Shown piece by piece: positions 54,711 to 63,998 of a DNA stretch of 64,000 bases. Position numbers and translations under genes: made by a program. Origin of the DNA: Acinetobacter phage Ab1-TPeters; the sequence record PP763253.1; one strand, 5' to 3'. How positions within the stretch are numbered: position 1 is the first letter of the stretch; each line of letters opens with the position of its first letter. The notes beneath the pieces are model-generated. The model had not been told where the DNA came from, made no database searches, and was given only the letters and a program-made list of their open reading frames with translations.

Positions 54711-56510
54711 CTACTTGACCATTGAGATCAAAGTAGACTTGAAATCGTTTTGATTATTAAAGGCATCTAACACATCAGATAAATCCTGTGGAGTTTGCAT
54801 TCCACCTGTTTCATTGATATCTTCGCTGACTGACCAAATTGATCCACATACAGCATCGGCAATATCCTTAGACCCATCAACTGGGTGATCGAATTTCTTG
54901 TCACCTTCCTCTAACTCGAACAGCTCAGTTAAGAGTTTCGGTAGGTTAGGTAAAGTGATTCGACCTTCAAGAATACCGTTACGCATATAGTTGTAAGGAT
55001 CTTTAGTTCTATCAACGGATTGAAGAGCAGTCTTAATTCCAGCTAGAAGCAAATCCTGTCTCAAGTTAGTAGACTGGTATCCGTCAGTAGTTACCATCTT
55101 AATCGGGTAGCCTAACTGAGTTGCTTCAATCAAGAAGTCTTTAATTTTATAAATTGGAACTTCTTGACCTGGTTTACATTTGATTTCCATTGCCCATTCA
55201 GTATCAATCACAGGAACTCTGATGATTGTCTTATCTCCAGTTACTGGATCGTAACGTTCAATTGTCGTGAATCCTTTCAAGTATGAACAAGCTATACCTG
55301 TCGAGTCATTTTTCAGACCTAAGTCGACATGAATGAAGCGGAATTTATTGTTAATAAATGCCATCTTCTTAACGTCAATGTAACTCATCAATTTATCTTC
55401 TTTATCAAAGAAGTCAAGCACAATTTCATGCTTAGTAATTGGGTTAATGTGACAAGCTGCTTTATTAAGGATTTCACGTGAAGATAAGAAAGACCAAGTA
55501 CCGAAAGTAGAAACACCCGCCATGTCACGGAGCGCTTCAATTACGTTAAGCCTAAATTCCTGTTCGTGCTCAACAGGGACATCAACGATTCGGGCTTGAT
55601 CTAAACTGGCTACTAATCGAGGATCTGTGTCCTCTTCAATAATAAATGGGTCTTTATTGGCATCGCCTGCAAAGACTTTGAAGAACTTGCCGGAATAGCC
55701 ACCGAAGTGCCATCTAGCTTCCCAACCTGCCAATCTGATTAATTTCCAATCAGTGTCACCGTTGTTGGTTTTCTCTTCAATTCGAGTATCAACGAAGGAT
55801 TTATTTCCTTTGTTAGATGAGTCCAGAATAATAAATCCTGGTAATGGTTTGCCTTTGTTAGCAAAACGAGATTTTAAACGTTGGTAGATTGTAGTGAACA
55901 TTTCCTGACCCTGACCCGCACGGGTAGCGTCGTTAATCTCTGAGAAGACAGCCATTGGTACACACATACCTAAGAAGTGTTTACCAGTTGAACCGAATCC
56001 GAGATCGATTTTATTCACAAACAGAGTATCTTTATTTGGGTTGAACTTAGATTTGAAGAACGGACTGTTCTCAAATAACTCAATCAATTCTTGATAAAGA
56101 ACTGTGAAGCTCAGACCCATTGTTGCGTTTAATAGCGCAAATTTAATAATAGTAGTTGGCAATAAGTCATAGTAAGAATGTGGACTCTTTAGACACAACA
56201 TCTTGCATATGCAGTAAGCTACAGCAATCTTAGAGAACGTAGACTTACCAATACCAATACCACCTGTGGCATAGATTTCAGCGTGAGTGATGTGATATGG
56301 ATTTGGAAAAATTTCTTTTAGTTCTTTTTCCCAACATGGCCATACAGCTAACTCACCGTTCTCTTTGACTAACGATTTGCCTAAGTAGAAAGGATCACGC
56401 ATGAAGTCATCGATGGTTGGCACTCGTTGCTCATAGCCACTTTGAAGAGCTAATTGATGTAAAGCTTCTTCATATCCGAAAGTTTCTATTAACTTTTCAA
56501 GTGCCGCCAT
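54711..56510 (-). CDS. terL: terminase large subunit
   Basis: Walker A YATGGIGIGKSTF in the N-terminal ATPase domain; nuclease-sized C-terminal domain. 599 aa. Confidence 0.75.
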   Translation of the reverse strand: MAALEKLIETFGYEEALHQLALQSGYEQRVPTIDDFMRDPFYLGKSLVKENGELAVWPCWEKELKEIFPNPYHITHAEIYATGGIGIGKSTFSKIAVAYCICKMLCLKSPHSYYDLLPTTIIKFALLNATMGLSFTVLYQELIELFENSPFFKSKFNPNKDTLFVNKIDLGFGSTGKHFLGMCVPMAVFSEINDATRAGQGQEMFTTIYQRLKSRFANKGKPLPGFIILDSSNKGNKSFVDTRIEEKTNNGDTDWKLIRLAGWEARWHFGGYSGKFFKVFAGDANKDPFIIEEDTDPRLVASLDQARIVDVPVEHEQEFRLNVIEALRDMAGVSTFGTWSFLSSREILNKAACHINPITKHEIVLDFFDKEDKLMSYIDVKKMAFINNKFRFIHVDLGLKNDSTGIACSYLKGFTTIERYDPVTGDKTIIRVPVIDTEWAMEIKCKPGQEVPIYKIKDFLIEATQLGYPIKMVTTDGYQSTNLRQDLLLAGIKTALQSVDRTKDPYNYMRNGILEGRITLPNLPKLLTELFELEEGDKKFDHPVDGSKDIADAVCGSIWSVSEDINETGGMQTPQDLSDVLDAFNNQNDFKSTLISMVK

Positions 56511-56512
56511 AA

Positions 56513-56989
56513 TTAACCACCAGATTTGTCACTTAATTGAGATAGCTCGTTAAGTAAACTAGATGCCATAGCAGTAAGTTGCTTCTGATCAGTTGTAGAA
56601 TCAGCTGCTTCATTTATTGCAGGAAGTGTCTTGCGAATAGCGTCAATTCGAATTTCAAGACCTGTCCAGTCAGTATTACCAGCATTAGATTTAACTTGAC
56701 CTGACAAAGCACCAACAGCTTGAAGCAGCAATTGATATCTTTCTATCTTACCACTTTCAGTAAGATTCTTAATAGCCACGTCACTGAAGAGCTCATCTTC
56801 AAGTAATTCGACTTGTTTGTTTAGTTTTAATAAACGACTAGTTGCATTTTCAGCTAAACTCTGAAGTGCAATTTTAATTCCGATTTCACGTAGCTGTAAA
56901 ATCTTAGTGTTCAGTGAAGTCGGATCAGCATTATTAAGTAACTGCGAGCCAACCTCTTCAGATGAAGCAGTTCTCATAAAAATCTCCAA
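56513..56989 (-). CDS. terminase small subunit candidate
   Basis: 158-aa alpha-helical protein directly upstream of terL, first gene of the late operon. Confidence 0.35.
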   Translation of the reverse strand: MEIFMRTASSEEVGSQLLNNADPTSLNTKILQLREIGIKIALQSLAENATSRLLKLNKQVELLEDELFSDVAIKNLTESGKIERYQLLLQAVGALSGQVKSNAGNTDWTGLEIRIDAIRKTLPAINEAADSTTDQKQLTAMASSLLNELSQLSDKSGG

Positions 56990-57134
56990 TGTCGACTAAT
57001 ACCCCTGTACACCTTTTACGGCTAGACCACCCCTGCAGGCGCGGGAATAAGAACAGGTCGAAAAACAACCGATCAGTGCTCGATTCGTTGGAAAATCTCT
57101 GGAATTAGGCGATTTTGAAACTCGGAAATGCGTT

Positions 57135-57153
57135 CAAACGCTGTTTTATGTGG
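57135..57153 (+). promoter_or_regulatory. promoter-like motif in divergent region
   Basis: CAAACGCTGTTTTATGTGG. Confidence 0.3.
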
Positions 57154-57236
57154 CGGTCAGCCCAGGGGAGTGCAAAAGTAATTAACTGAGTCACTAACTG
57201 ACGTAATTGAATAACTGAATAATTTAAATAAAATAA

Positions 57237-57268
57237 CTATTTACCTAGTCAGCTGACTAGGTAAATAG
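57237..57268. repeat. 32-bp perfect palindrome in divergent control region
   Basis: CTATTTACCTAGTCAG|CTGACTAGGTAAATAG, centred on CAGCTG. It lies in the 410-nt gap between the leftward late operon and the rightward genes. Confidence 0.8.
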
Positions 57269-57403
57269 TAAATAATTGAAACTCCAGAATGACGTCAAGA
57301 GCTGTATAAATTGTTATTTATACACGGAGTGAGGGGGTAAAAATAGAATTACCTTACTAGTGAATGAATAGTAATTTAATAGTAAGTTGGAGCTAATCAT
57401 TAA

Positions 57404-58081
57404 ATGAATTTTAATTTTCAGGAATCACAGATTTCACATAGCAATGGAATCATCTACTACGGTAAGCATAAAATCTGGAACGTGAGAGATGCGTCAGTAA
57501 AGAATTTTACTAAACCTAAAAATCTAACTAATTCTTGGGAATTGAATAAAAATAAGAATATATACCTGAGATTGGATGAGATATCCTACCTATTAATGAA
57601 AGCTAGAGGTAGTTCAAATTTGTATTCAAAAGTAAATAATTCAAGTAATTATTTCACTTTCTCCTTATTTCCGCTACATAAACTTCCACTTCCAATTGAA
57701 TCCTATCCTGAGTTCATTGCATCTTTAGAAAAATCTAATTTCTATGGACTAAAGAAATTAGTTATTAAACCTATTACAGAGAAACTTATTAAAGAATTTG
57801 ACTATGTAATAACTGACATAAAACATAATCTGGAATCAGTATTCACTATTGAAGATATCTATTCTCAAACTGAAGTAGATAATTTGATTGAATCAACAAC
57901 TATCCCAGAGAGTTCAAAAGTTTTAGTTTTAATGAAACTCAGCAATAGTGTCTCATATTATGTAGCTGAAAAGCTTAAATCAAAATATCCTAATCTCAAA
58001 GTACTTCCTTGCACTATATTTCAAGTAGATCAGGATCACTGTCTATTTGACTATAAGCTACTAGAATCCTGGGTCGTGTAG
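57404..58081 (+). CDS. hypothetical protein
   Basis: 225-aa ORF, N/K-rich. Confidence 0.4.
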   Translation: MNFNFQESQISHSNGIIYYGKHKIWNVRDASVKNFTKPKNLTNSWELNKNKNIYLRLDEISYLLMKARGSSNLYSKVNNSSNYFTFSLFPLHKLPLPIESYPEFIASLEKSNFYGLKKLVIKPITEKLIKEFDYVITDIKHNLESVFTIEDIYSQTEVDNLIESTTIPESSKVLVLMKLSNSVSYYVAEKLKSKYPNLKVLPCTIFQVDQDHCLFDYKLLESWVV

Positions 58082-58084
58082 ATA

Positions 58085-58116
58085 GCTCCAAAAGCTGTTT
58101 AAACGTGTAAGATAAT
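58085..58116 (+). promoter_or_regulatory. promoter-like motif
   Basis: GCTCCAAAAGCTGTTTAAACGTGTAAGATAAT, 14 nt before the ATG at 58130. Confidence 0.4.
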
Positions 58117-58129
58117 TGAGGATACTTCA

Positions 58130-58465
58130 ATGGAAAAATCTAAAGTATGTGCATTCCTTATGGAACTTAGCGGAAGCTATGCTAAACTAGGTAATAATAT
58201 CAAGTCAGGTTCATTTGCCAGAGCTGCAAGTACAATTAAGGATTCAGCTTTACTCGAAATTAATGAAAGTGCTGAACTAGGTAAACTTCGTGGTATAGGT
58301 CCATCTACCGTAAAGGAAATCAATGAATTTCTTGAAAAAGGTACGAGTGAACGACTTGAAAAACTCAAGGAAGAACTTCAACAAATTGACGAAGTAGGAA
58401 ATCCTGGAAGTGCTTTAGATAACATCAGAAATCTAATCAAAAAGGCTAAATCGTCCAATGATTGA
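58130..58465 (+). CDS. stand-alone Pol beta 8-kDa (HhH, dRP-lyase-like) domain protein
   Basis: SFARAASTIKDSALLEINESAELGKLRGIGPSTVKEINEFLEKG parallels the N-terminal domain of the Pol X at 19960 (SYRKAADVIRN...LRGVGAAIDSEIREFLECG). Confidence 0.45.
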   Translation: MEKSKVCAFLMELSGSYAKLGNNIKSGSFARAASTIKDSALLEINESAELGKLRGIGPSTVKEINEFLEKGTSERLEKLKEELQQIDEVGNPGSALDNIRNLIKKAKSSND

Positions 58466-58976
58466 CATCTTCACTATTCCAGTTCTAGATCCAGTGAGAT
58501 CTACTATTGATGCCAGTTACTCAGAGATCAAATCAGAATCTACTTCACTGCTGTTGAAGTGGCGTTCTAATATGAATAAGTACGTAACTGAACTAACCAG
58601 AATGGATAATTCTCGGTTAGTTCTAGCATTCAATGGTAAATCTCTATTTGGTGTCTGGGATCTGGTTGAAAATCAGGGATATGAATTCTTGATTCCAGTT
58701 GATGTAGTTACTAGTATTTTTAATAACTACACCAGAATCATGATTCCTATCTCTAAATTCCAGTCTGGAGCTAAATACTTCTTTGACGTTGAACACAATC
58801 CAGTATTAGCTGATCTAAAGAATTATTCTAGAACTATTCTGAAAGAAATGCTATTATCACCAGAGTTCCGCGGATCTTCGAATGAAGAATTAGCTATTCG
58901 TGCTATTCAGGCTGCACAAGCTCATAATCAAAATTTTAATGATTATGCTAATCTTTACCATCAGTCTCAACAGTAG
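58458..58976 (+). CDS. hypothetical protein
   Basis: 172-aa ORF; ATGA overlap. Confidence 0.4.
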   Translation: MIDIFTIPVLDPVRSTIDASYSEIKSESTSLLLKWRSNMNKYVTELTRMDNSRLVLAFNGKSLFGVWDLVENQGYEFLIPVDVVTSIFNNYTRIMIPISKFQSGAKYFFDVEHNPVLADLKNYSRTILKEMLLSPEFRGSSNEELAIRAIQAAQAHNQNFNDYANLYHQSQQ

Positions 58977-58988
58977 AGAATTAATAAT

Positions 58989-60209
58989 ATGTCCGTGTAT
59001 ATTGAACAAGATATTCCCGAAGGCGTTTCTAAAGAAAATATTTTATTAGATACAGATAAAGTAATTATTTTCGTTCGAGATGAACTTACCCCAGAAGGTA
59101 AGAATGTAATTGTTAAGAAAAATAAATTCTTAAACTCAGAAGAGACTGGTTTAGTTCAAACTCGCATTACTACTCCAAACTCAAGTTACGAAGAAAAATA
59201 TCCTAGCGTATTGAAGCTAGCAGATAAGCAAGCTGAAGAACAGTTGTGGTTCAAGAATGAAATGGTTGTTGAAAATGACAGTATGGAACTTGAATTTGTT
59301 CTTACTCCCCAGCAGCTTCATGCTGTAAAGACTGTACTTCATTTATTCCTTCAGTATGAATTACACGTGGGTGAGGAATTCTGGAACGGTATCTTTACTA
59401 AGCTATTCCCTCGTTGGGAATCAAAAGCAGGTGCTTCTACTATGGCGTTCATTGAACTTATGGTTCATGCACGTTCATATAATGAAATTAACGTAGTCTT
59501 AGGACTAAACAAAGACGAGTACTATACTGCTTATGTTAATGACCCTATCCTCAATGAGCGCATGGAATGGATTGACAATATCTTACGAGGTAAGAACAAA
59601 CTCCTTTCAGCTCTATTCTTCTCATTAACTGAGACTGCTCTATTATTTGCAAGCTTTGCTATTCTTAAGTCGTTCCAAGCTAATGGTTATAACTTATTGA
59701 AAGTTATCGTTCAAATCGCTAACCAATCAGCTCTGGACGAAGATTTACATGGTCAATATGCAACTGAACACTTCAATATTTACTTCACAGAAGCTAACAA
59801 AAAGCTCTGGGAACATGAGGAAATGTTCAAGCAGTTACTCGAAGGATGTAACTATGTGTATGAACATGAACTCCGTATTATTAACCTAGCTATTCCAGAT
59901 GGTCAATTAAACGGATATAGCAATGAAGACTACGCTAAGTTCGTAGCTTACCGTATTGGAGTGTTCTTAACTCGACTTCAAGTACCTATGGAACTAATTC
60001 CAGATACTTTCCGTGTTGAATACACAGAATCAACTGTGGCTACTCTATTCAATAAGAATACTTATGGTTATCAGATGCCTGACTTCTTTACTAAGGGTCA
60101 AAACCGTGAGTATGAATCATCATGGACAGCCTCATCTTTTGCTCAGGGTTATCTAGATGCGAAAAAGGCTGAGAAAGAAGAATTAGCACAATTTAGTTTG
60201 GAAGCATAA
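58989..60209 (+). CDS. nrdB: ribonucleotide reductase class I small (beta) subunit
   Basis: Di-iron ligand motifs AFIELMVHARSY (ExxH 1, compare AFSETIHSRSY) and SALDEDLHGQY (ExxH 2, compare ISRDEGLH). Confidence 0.7.
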   Translation: MSVYIEQDIPEGVSKENILLDTDKVIIFVRDELTPEGKNVIVKKNKFLNSEETGLVQTRITTPNSSYEEKYPSVLKLADKQAEEQLWFKNEMVVENDSMELEFVLTPQQLHAVKTVLHLFLQYELHVGEEFWNGIFTKLFPRWESKAGASTMAFIELMVHARSYNEINVVLGLNKDEYYTAYVNDPILNERMEWIDNILRGKNKLLSALFFSLTETALLFASFAILKSFQANGYNLLKVIVQIANQSALDEDLHGQYATEHFNIYFTEANKKLWEHEEMFKQLLEGCNYVYEHELRIINLAIPDGQLNGYSNEDYAKFVAYRIGVFLTRLQVPMELIPDTFRVEYTESTVATLFNKNTYGYQMPDFFTKGQNREYESSWTASSFAQGYLDAKKAEKEELAQFSLEA

Positions 60210-60210
60210 G

Positions 60211-62004
60211 ATGGCTGTTTTAGATTATCAAGAAGTAATGAATAAATACGGAACTAAGAATTATTCTGAACTACGTAAGAAAATGCAATTAGAAGGTGAA
60301 GCTCCATCTTGGTTTACTACTGGGGGAACTCAGTTATTCTTTGAGAAATATTCATGGAATGGTGAGACAGTTAAATCTCGACTTCAGTCAATTGCTATTG
60401 CCTTAGCTAATAAAGCACCACTATCTTACCCAGATTGGTGGAATGACTTTGAGAGTACCAGAGGTAAAACCTGGAGTGAAGTATTCTTTGACGTATTATG
60501 GCAAGGTTATATTTCATGTTCAACTCCACTATTAGCTAATGGTGGTTTACCTGAACGTGGAACTACAGTAAGCTGTGCAGGTTCATATGTAGGTGACGAT
60601 TTATACAGTCGCTATGATATCGTAACTGAAAGCGCTATTCTTACCAAACACTCTCACGGAACTTCATGTTCAATCGATGATTGGGCTGAACGAGGTCGTC
60701 CATTAGATCGAGGTGGTTTTGCTGGTGGAGTTATGCCAGTTATCCGTGATCTAATTAACTGTATGGATGAAGTGGTTCAAGGTTCTCGTCGAGGTTCATT
60801 ATCTTATGCTATTGATATTATGCATAAGGAATGGTATGACGTACTTCAATTCCTATATCAGAATCCTGAGAGTAATAACCCAGCCTGGATTGTCAGAGAC
60901 AGCTTTATTCAGGCACTTGAAGAGCATGAGCATTCTGAAGAACTTCTACGTTTAGCTAAAGCTCTTGAAGTTAAAATGATGCGAGGTAAAGGTTATTTCA
61001 CTAAATTAGATGAAATGAACCGTCACTTAGCTCAAGCGTTCAAAGATGCTGGTCTTAGTGCTAAAGCTTCAAACTTGTGTCAAGAAGTTAATCTAGGTGC
61101 AGATGAAGACCACACATTCTCTTGTGTAATTTTGAACTGGAACTTAGATTTATATGATGAATCACTTAAGAAATACCCTCACATAGGCTTTATTGCTCAT
61201 GTGATGCAAGACTGTAACGTAAGCTGCTACATTGAAACACTTAAACAACGTGTAGCTAACAAGCGTGACGGTAAAGCACTTAAGAAGATTCTCCGATTTA
61301 CTGAGAAATTCCGTGCAGTTGGTACTGGTGTTTTAGGATTCCATACTTTACTACAAAAGAAAATGATTCCAGTAGGAAGCATGGAAAGCTTCCAGCTTAA
61401 CTACAAAATCTTTAGCTATTTAGATAAAGACACTAAAGCAGCTAACGTGTGGTTAGGTGAGGTACTTGGTTGCCCTGAAGGCACTAAGCACTTAGGAATA
61501 AGAACAGCTACCTGCTTGATGATGCCTCCAACTAAATCTACAGCTGAGTTCATGGCTGGAGCTTCAGAAGGCATTGGTCTTGATGTAGCAATGGTTTACA
61601 CTAAGCAGACTGCTGGTGGTGAAATTCTTCGTGTAAATAAAGTCTTACTTCCTATTATGAAGGAACGTGGAGTATTTACTGAAGAGACATTGATGGATAT
61701 TTCCTTGCATAAAGGATCTGTTCAACATGTAACATGGTTAAGTGATCATGAGAAGGCAGTGTTCCGTACAGCTTTCGAAATTGACATGATTGACCATCTT
61801 AAGTTATGTGCTCAACGTCAACCTTTCATTGACCAAGGTCAGTCAATTAATCTTTACTTCACTAGTAATGATACATATGAGTACATTATGAAAGTACACA
61901 GATTTGCTCTACTAAATCCAGAGATTCTGTGTCTGTATTACATCTACTCTATGCGTGGTTCTGGTGATATTCAGCGAGTAACAGAATGCCAAGTTTGTCA
62001 ATAA
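60211..62004 (+). CDS. nrdA: ribonucleotide reductase class I large (alpha) subunit, no ATP-cone
   Basis: Active-site motif NLCQEVNLGADEDHTFSCVILNWNLD (NxCxEixL...CNLxSiNL). C-terminal Cys pair CQVC. 597 aa, directly after the beta subunit gene. Confidence 0.65.
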   Translation: MAVLDYQEVMNKYGTKNYSELRKKMQLEGEAPSWFTTGGTQLFFEKYSWNGETVKSRLQSIAIALANKAPLSYPDWWNDFESTRGKTWSEVFFDVLWQGYISCSTPLLANGGLPERGTTVSCAGSYVGDDLYSRYDIVTESAILTKHSHGTSCSIDDWAERGRPLDRGGFAGGVMPVIRDLINCMDEVVQGSRRGSLSYAIDIMHKEWYDVLQFLYQNPESNNPAWIVRDSFIQALEEHEHSEELLRLAKALEVKMMRGKGYFTKLDEMNRHLAQAFKDAGLSAKASNLCQEVNLGADEDHTFSCVILNWNLDLYDESLKKYPHIGFIAHVMQDCNVSCYIETLKQRVANKRDGKALKKILRFTEKFRAVGTGVLGFHTLLQKKMIPVGSMESFQLNYKIFSYLDKDTKAANVWLGEVLGCPEGTKHLGIRTATCLMMPPTKSTAEFMAGASEGIGLDVAMVYTKQTAGGEILRVNKVLLPIMKERGVFTEETLMDISLHKGSVQHVTWLSDHEKAVFRTAFEIDMIDHLKLCAQRQPFIDQGQSINLYFTSNDTYEYIMKVHRFALLNPEILCLYYIYSMRGSGDIQRVTECQVCQ

Positions 62005-62327
62005 TTGAAATCCTTTTATTGTTAATTATGTCACACTTCTTATGTGACTTTGCTTTACAAAATGACTTCGTAGCCAAGTTCAAGAGTCGCCTAGTAGATG
62101 GTAAGTATAACCCTATGTGGTTCTGGGTTCTTTTGGCTCATTGCTCAATTCACGCTATTCCAGTCCTGATTTTAACTGGAAGTGGGTTCTTAGCTTTAGC
62201 TATGCTTATTTCTCATTTTATTATTGATTTTAATAAATGCGAAGGTAAACTAACTTTTAACGGAGATCAAATAAGTCACTTATTAGTTATATTTGCTATT
62301 TGGTCACTGTTTGTAATTTACTTTTAG
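61986..62327 (+). CDS. small multi-TM membrane protein
   Basis: Three hydrophobic helices; overlaps the nrdA end by 19 nt. Confidence 0.35.
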   Translation: MPSLSIIEILLLLIMSHFLCDFALQNDFVAKFKSRLVDGKYNPMWFWVLLAHCSIHAIPVLILTGSGFLALAMLISHFIIDFNKCEGKLTFNGDQISHLLVIFAIWSLFVIYF

Positions 62328-62331
62328 ATTT

Positions 62332-62353
62332 AGGGAGCTAAGGCTCCCTTTTT
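62332..62353 (+). terminator. rho-independent terminator (GGGAGC/GCTCCC family)
   Basis: GGGAGC (62333-38) pairs with GCTCCC (62343-48) around a 4-nt loop; TTTTT follows. Confidence 0.6.
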
Positions 62354-62370
62354 CACGGACGCTGCTATCT

Positions 62371-62404
62371 GAGCTCAAAAGCTGTTTAAGTGTATAAGCT
62401 CAGG
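62371..62404 (+). promoter_or_regulatory. promoter-like motif
   Basis: GAGCTCAAAAGCTGTTTAAGTGTATAAGCTCAGG, 11 nt before the ATG at 62415. Confidence 0.4.
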
Positions 62405-62414
62405 ATATCCAAAA

Positions 62415-63998
62415 ATGGCAAAGTTAGAATTTAAAATGGAGTCTGGCTATTCTGTGAAGATTAGTTCAGATTCACCTAATATCATATCAGTAGTTAGAGA
62501 GCTTACTAAGTGCTCATTTACTGACCGAGTATTTGATTATCAAACGAAAAGTTCTCAATTCCGTAAGACAGAGAAATATTTCTGTAAGAAACGTGGAAAC
62601 TCAATTACTGTGAAACGAGGTATGGCTGAAATAGTCTTCTATTCGCTTCAATCAGATAAATTTAATGTAAATAATTTACCAGAACCTTTAACTGAAGTTA
62701 TTGTCTGTGAAAAACTGCAGTGGTTGTGGAGATTAGGAGATTCAGCTCCAGAAACGTTTATTCGTTTATCTGAGAAATGGAAAGATATTTACCTCAGTAA
62801 CCCGAAAGGTGCGGAACGTGGTGAGATGCAGTTATCAGATGTAACTCACATATGCACTGAATCGTCTGGATTAATTGACTTATTCACTGGGTATGGAAAG
62901 ACTGAGGTGATGTTAGGAGTTTCCGAATCCTTCTTAGATATGGATGAATATAAGCATGGAAACTTGCTTATTTTTACTTACGGGAATAAAGTAAGAGACG
63001 AAGTTTATTTACGTGCTAAGCATTACGGATTAAATGTCACTAAAGACTTTGATGTAAATAACCGAATAAATATTATTAACGTTTCAGCTTTTGTTAGAAC
63101 AAAAGCTTTTCAAACTAACCCAGATATTGCGAATTGGCTTGAAAACGTTATAATGATTCAAGCGGATGAAGCACATCACATGAGTGCTGAAACCTGGCAT
63201 TCAATGGTTGAACGATGTGATCCTTTGTTTGTTTACGGTTACTCAGCGTCAGCCGATGTAAACGAAGGTAAGTCAACTGAGCGTGGATTTATTACAGCTG
63301 ATTGTGGTGACCCTAAGCTTTTAGCAGTATTAGAGGTTACTGGCTTCTCAATAATTAGTCGTGAATTACCTACTCCAGTTAATATCTTTAGAATTTCTTC
63401 TGAAATAGGAAACGAAGCTACCATTAGTGGCTTAAGAGAAGGCACTTACGCTCAATCTGTGATAGATTACTGGATCCAAGATTATAATGCAGCTTTGCTG
63501 ATTAAGAATATTTACACTAAGATTCTTAAGAAAGATAAGATTTGCTTTATAACTACCAGAACAGTAGAGCCAGCAGCAATAATGATCACTAATCTAAATA
63601 AACTTGGTTTAAGGGCAGTATTATGGACTGGTCAGCTTAGTTTGCTTCCAGATGGAAAAGGTGGAGTTACTGAAGCTTCTTTATCACTTGAAGAGCTGAA
63701 ATTAATGTCGGAACGTAATGAGTTTGATATTTTGATGTCAACCTCGATTGCGGTCGAAGGTATTGATCTAAGAAATCTAGGTTCAGTTATTCCTCTTGTT
63801 GATAGATCGTTCAAAATGGTAGTGCAACCAACTGGACGAGCAGCACGTGAAGAGGAAGTTGATTTAGTATTCATCTTTGATAAAGTTAATGGTATGTTAA
63901 CTAGCCAAATGAAGAAGAAATATTCAATGGCCAAGAATAGATTTAACGTTACATCAAATAAATCTTTTACACAAACCCAACTAGCTAATATGAGTTAA
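62415..63998 (+). CDS. SF2 helicase/ATPase (DEAH-type)
   Basis: Walker A-like FTGYGKTEV. DEAH-like box IQADEAHHM. Motif VI-like QPTGRAAREEE. Confidence 0.5.
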   Translation: MAKLEFKMESGYSVKISSDSPNIISVVRELTKCSFTDRVFDYQTKSSQFRKTEKYFCKKRGNSITVKRGMAEIVFYSLQSDKFNVNNLPEPLTEVIVCEKLQWLWRLGDSAPETFIRLSEKWKDIYLSNPKGAERGEMQLSDVTHICTESSGLIDLFTGYGKTEVMLGVSESFLDMDEYKHGNLLIFTYGNKVRDEVYLRAKHYGLNVTKDFDVNNRINIINVSAFVRTKAFQTNPDIANWLENVIMIQADEAHHMSAETWHSMVERCDPLFVYGYSASADVNEGKSTERGFITADCGDPKLLAVLEVTGFSIISRELPTPVNIFRISSEIGNEATISGLREGTYAQSVIDYWIQDYNAALLIKNIYTKILKKDKICFITTRTVEPAAIMITNLNKLGLRAVLWTGQLSLLPDGKGGVTEASLSLEELKLMSERNEFDILMSTSIAVEGIDLRNLGSVIPLVDRSFKMVVQPTGRAAREEEVDLVFIFDKVNGMLTSQMKKKYSMAKNRFNVTSNKSFTQTQLANMS

